This document shows positions 61,485-64,000 of a DNA stretch of 64,000 nucleotides, piece by piece; positions within the stretch are counted from its first letter, which is position 1; every line of letters begins with the position of its first letter. The notes beneath the pieces were generated by a model, which did not search any database, was not told where the DNA came from, and saw only the letters and a list, made by a program, of their open reading frames with translations. The position numbers and the translations under genes were made by a program. This DNA comes from Candidatus Hydrogenedentota bacterium (lineage in GTDB: Bacteria; Hydrogenedentota; Hydrogenedentia; Hydrogenedentales; SLHB01), in contig JAWXCN010000200.1 in assembly GCA_034408725.1 (NCBI GenBank), positions 2,871 to 66,870 of the forward strand. The letters run 5' to 3'.

Positions 61485-64000
61485 ATGACCTCCCGTAGCT
61501 CCTTCCACAACACTTGCCTGCTGCTGTGCGCGCTGACATTGCTGATCATTGCGCCGGGCTGCGGCGGTAGATCGAGTTCCGAAACTCCGGGCGACCGCGT
61601 GCTGACATCGCTGGGTTTGAAGACGGCGGATGGACGCGCAATCGTCCACCGGTTTACGACCGACCACTTTACGGCGCAGCGAAGCGCCAGCCATCCGCCC
61701 TATGTAATTCCCGCGAAGTCCATGGTCATGATGACGAAATCGCGGCCTGATCAGGCAAAAACCCCTCAACGCCCTGGGCGCAAGGAAGGCGGAAAGCTGT
61801 TTCTCGTCGAAGGACCTTCGATGCCAACGGTCACGGCCATGTTGGGATTGGGGATTCGCGCGGAGGACTATAATGAACTGCGCATTCGTATGCGCGTCAG
61901 CCGGGGATCGTACAGCACGCTGTCGTGGACGACGGACGTGGAACCGTCATCAATGCGGGCACAGGGTTTGACGATTCCTATTTTTGCGGACAACGAAATT
62001 CACACTTACCGGGTGCCGCTCGGCGCCCTCGAGACGCAAACCTGGGTCGGCACCGTAAAAAGCATCGTGATGCTCCCAAGCGACTCGCCGGCCAATGTCG
62101 AAATTGAATCCATGGAACTCGGGTTCGTGCCACAGGTGAATCCCGCGCGAATCACCATCGCGGCACAGACCCATGAAGCAGTCTTCGGCACACAAGCGCC
62201 CTGGGAATTTGTTGTGCCGGAGAACGCGGTTTTCACGACGCACATTGGCCTGCCGGAAGAGACTTGGTCCGAGGGACGCAAGGGCAGCGCGCGATTTATC
62301 GCAACGCTCGACACCGATAGTGAAAAAGGAATTCTACTGCTGGATGAGTCTTTGACTCCGGGGGTCAACGAGACGCACCAGGCGTGGCTTCCGTTCAAGG
62401 CTGACCTCTCGAAGTTCGCGGGGCAGACCGTACGCATTGCGTTCAACGTCAGCGGCATCGGCGAAAAATCCGCCAGTCCGGCGTGCTGGGGCGACCCGCT
62501 GGTGCATGGTGGCGGGCCGGATTCGACTTCGACGCCGATCATTCTGATTTCCTGCGATACGCTTCGCGCGGACCATCTGTCCTGCTACGGGTACGAACGG
62601 GAAACCTCGCCGAATCTCGACGCGTTTGCAAAGGACGCTGTCCTGTTCGAGAACGCCATCACGCCGGAAACCTGGACATTGCCGTCGCATGCCACGATGT
62701 TCACCGGACTTTATCCGAAGCACCATGGCGTAACGCCGAACGCTAATCTCGCGGAAGCGACCCTAACTCTTCCCGAAGCTCTGCGGGATGGCGGCTACCT
62801 TTGTGGGGGCTATATCGGATTTACATTCTGGCTGTATCCGTGGCGCGGTTTCTCGCATGGGTTCGACGTGTACAACACGCCGGAGTGGCGGTTTCGCGGC
62901 ATCGAAGACACGCACCGCCTTGCCAAAGGCTGGCTCGGCACGATGAACTCCCCTAACACCTTTCTGTTCCTGCACAACTTCGACGTACATTCAAAACCGG
63001 CAAAACAATACGATGGCCTGCCGTATGGGCCCGATGACGACAAATTCCTGCATTTCGCAAAGGCGTTCACGAATCCGCCGGCGTTTCAACGCCCTGGCCG
63101 CGATATGGTGGATGCGGAAGCCTTTCTTACCGCGGCGAACCATGGGGAGGTAACGCTCACGCAGGAAGAGATTGATTATTGCGTTGCGTTGTACGACGAT
63201 TGCATTCGCATGGTTGACGCCTCACTGAAAGATTTGTTCGACACGCTGAAAGAACGTGGTCTGTATGATCGCGCATTGATCATGATCACCGCGGACCACG
63301 GAGAGGAATTCGGCGAACATGGCACGTTTGGTCATGGCAACGTTTACGAGCCCTCATTGCGGATTCCGATGATTATCAAGTTTCCGAACAACCAATTTGC
63401 AGGCACGCGGTTCGCTCCCGTGGTGGAACTCGTTGATCTGATGCCCACGGCGCTTGACGCCGCCGGACTGCCGATTCCCAAGGAGCTCGACGGCCAGAGC
63501 CTGTTGCGCGTGCTCAACAAGACCGAAGAACACGACGGCATGGGATTCGCGCAACGCTTCACCCAACGCACGGCCCGCGAGATGGAATGGAAACTAATCC
63601 GCAAACAGGCTGATGTGTTTGAACTGTTTAATATTGCATCGGACCCTGGCGAGAAGGTCAACGTGGCCGATGCAAACCCAGAAATCGTCGCGCGAATGCG
63701 TGAACCTCTCGAAAATTTTTTTGCGGTCAACACGCAGGGCTGGCACTTTGCGTTCGATTTGCCGAGCTTGGAATGGAAAGGCGATCTGACCATTTCGGCG
63801 GAGGACGTTGTTGAAAGCGCGGAATTGCTTGGAGGCCAAGATGTGTCCGCGATGACCATCAGCGAGCGCGGTGTTCGACTCAACCTCAATCGAATCAACC
63901 GCACCACCCGCGATGAATTGATCGTGCGCACCGTCGGCACCGCCGGTCGATTGTCGTTGACGCTGAAATCGCAGTCGAACTTTTCCATCGCGCTCGGAGA
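61485..64000 (+). CDS. Lipoprotein with unknown ~345-aa N-terminal domain plus sulfatase-like (alkaline-phosphatase superfamily) domain; 3' partial
   Basis: Absent from the ORF track because it has no stop in the window. Translated by hand from the ATG at 61485 and open to 64000. Lipobox LLIIAPGC. Motifs ILISCDTLRADHLSCYGYERETSPNLD, TWTLPSHATMFTG and ITADHGEEFGEHG. Confidence 0.75.
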   Translation, partial: MTSRSSFHNTCLLLCALTLLIIAPGCGGRSSSETPGDRVLTSLGLKTADGRAIVHRFTTDHFTAQRSASHPPYVIPAKSMVMMTKSRPDQAKTPQRPGRKEGGKLFLVEGPSMPTVTAMLGLGIRAEDYNELRIRMRVSRGSYSTLSWTTDVEPSSMRAQGLTIPIFADNEIHTYRVPLGALETQTWVGTVKSIVMLPSDSPANVEIESMELGFVPQVNPARITIAAQTHEAVFGTQAPWEFVVPENAVFTTHIGLPEETWSEGRKGSARFIATLDTDSEKGILLLDESLTPGVNETHQAWLPFKADLSKFAGQTVRIAFNVSGIGEKSASPACWGDPLVHGGGPDSTSTPIILISCDTLRADHLSCYGYERETSPNLDAFAKDAVLFENAITPETWTLPSHATMFTGLYPKHHGVTPNANLAEATLTLPEALRDGGYLCGGYIGFTFWLYPWRGFSHGFDVYNTPEWRFRGIEDTHRLAKGWLGTMNSPNTFLFLHNFDVHSKPAKQYDGLPYGPDDDKFLHFAKAFTNPPAFQRPGRDMVDAEAFLTAANHGEVTLTQEEIDYCVALYDDCIRMVDASLKDLFDTLKERGLYDRALIMITADHGEEFGEHGTFGHGNVYEPSLRIPMIIKFPNNQFAGTRFAPVVELVDLMPTALDAAGLPIPKELDGQSLLRVLNKTEEHDGMGFAQRFTQRTAREMEWKLIRKQADVFELFNIASDPGEKVNVADANPEIVARMREPLENFFAVNTQGWHFAFDLPSLEWKGDLTISAEDVVESAELLGGQDVSAMTISERGVRLNLNRINRTTRDELIVRTVGTAGRLSLTLKSQSNFSIALG

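Overview
High-GC (by eye about 60%, not computed) chromosomal segment. Its gene content suggests a PVC/Planctomycetota-like bacterium: DUF1501 and DUF1800 pair, DUF1080, TAT-signal Gfo/Idh/MocA, many TPR and secreted glycan-related proteins. That taxon call is inference only. Most of the window is housekeeping. It includes fliO-fliP, hisS plus tRNA-His, an exbB-exbD-TPR-VWA cluster, a SWIM/SNF2 helicase, the ffh / rpsP-KH-rimM-trmD-rplS / rnhB block, yebC-ruvC, glgC, an ECF sigma/anti-sigma pair, and the SOS mutasome genes imuA-imuB with dnaE2 located about 26 kb away. The best candidate for an undescribed system is a low-GC two-gene cassette at 1292-3093. It encodes an ABC/AAA_15-21-type ATPase plus a small Toprim-like (DUF3226-like) protein, has its own near-consensus promoter, and sits directly after fliP. 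It resembles PARIS/OLD-type ATPase-nuclease defence modules but uses a different partner protein. Other items worth a second look: (1) an SOS-box-like palindrome inside the imuA promoter; (2) a MITE-like element in two direct copies bracketing dnaE2-sdpI-sdpR; (3) a dispersed REP-like hairpin family with six copies, one inverted pair flanking a whole gene; (4) inverted arrays of a telomere-like GGGTTTA heptamer (G-quadruplex motif) between ffh and rpsP; (5) triple short tandem repeats just after two other stop codons; (6) a perfect 28-bp-stem hairpin; (7) a PhoD-like gene with one in-frame TAG; (8) a frameshifted GNAT gene; (9) a low-GC islet of orphan small membrane proteins; (10) a long sulfatase-like ORF running off the right edge that the ORF track does not list. 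No CRISPR array, rRNA, integrase or transposase was recognised. All family assignments come from motif recognition by eye, with no searches run.
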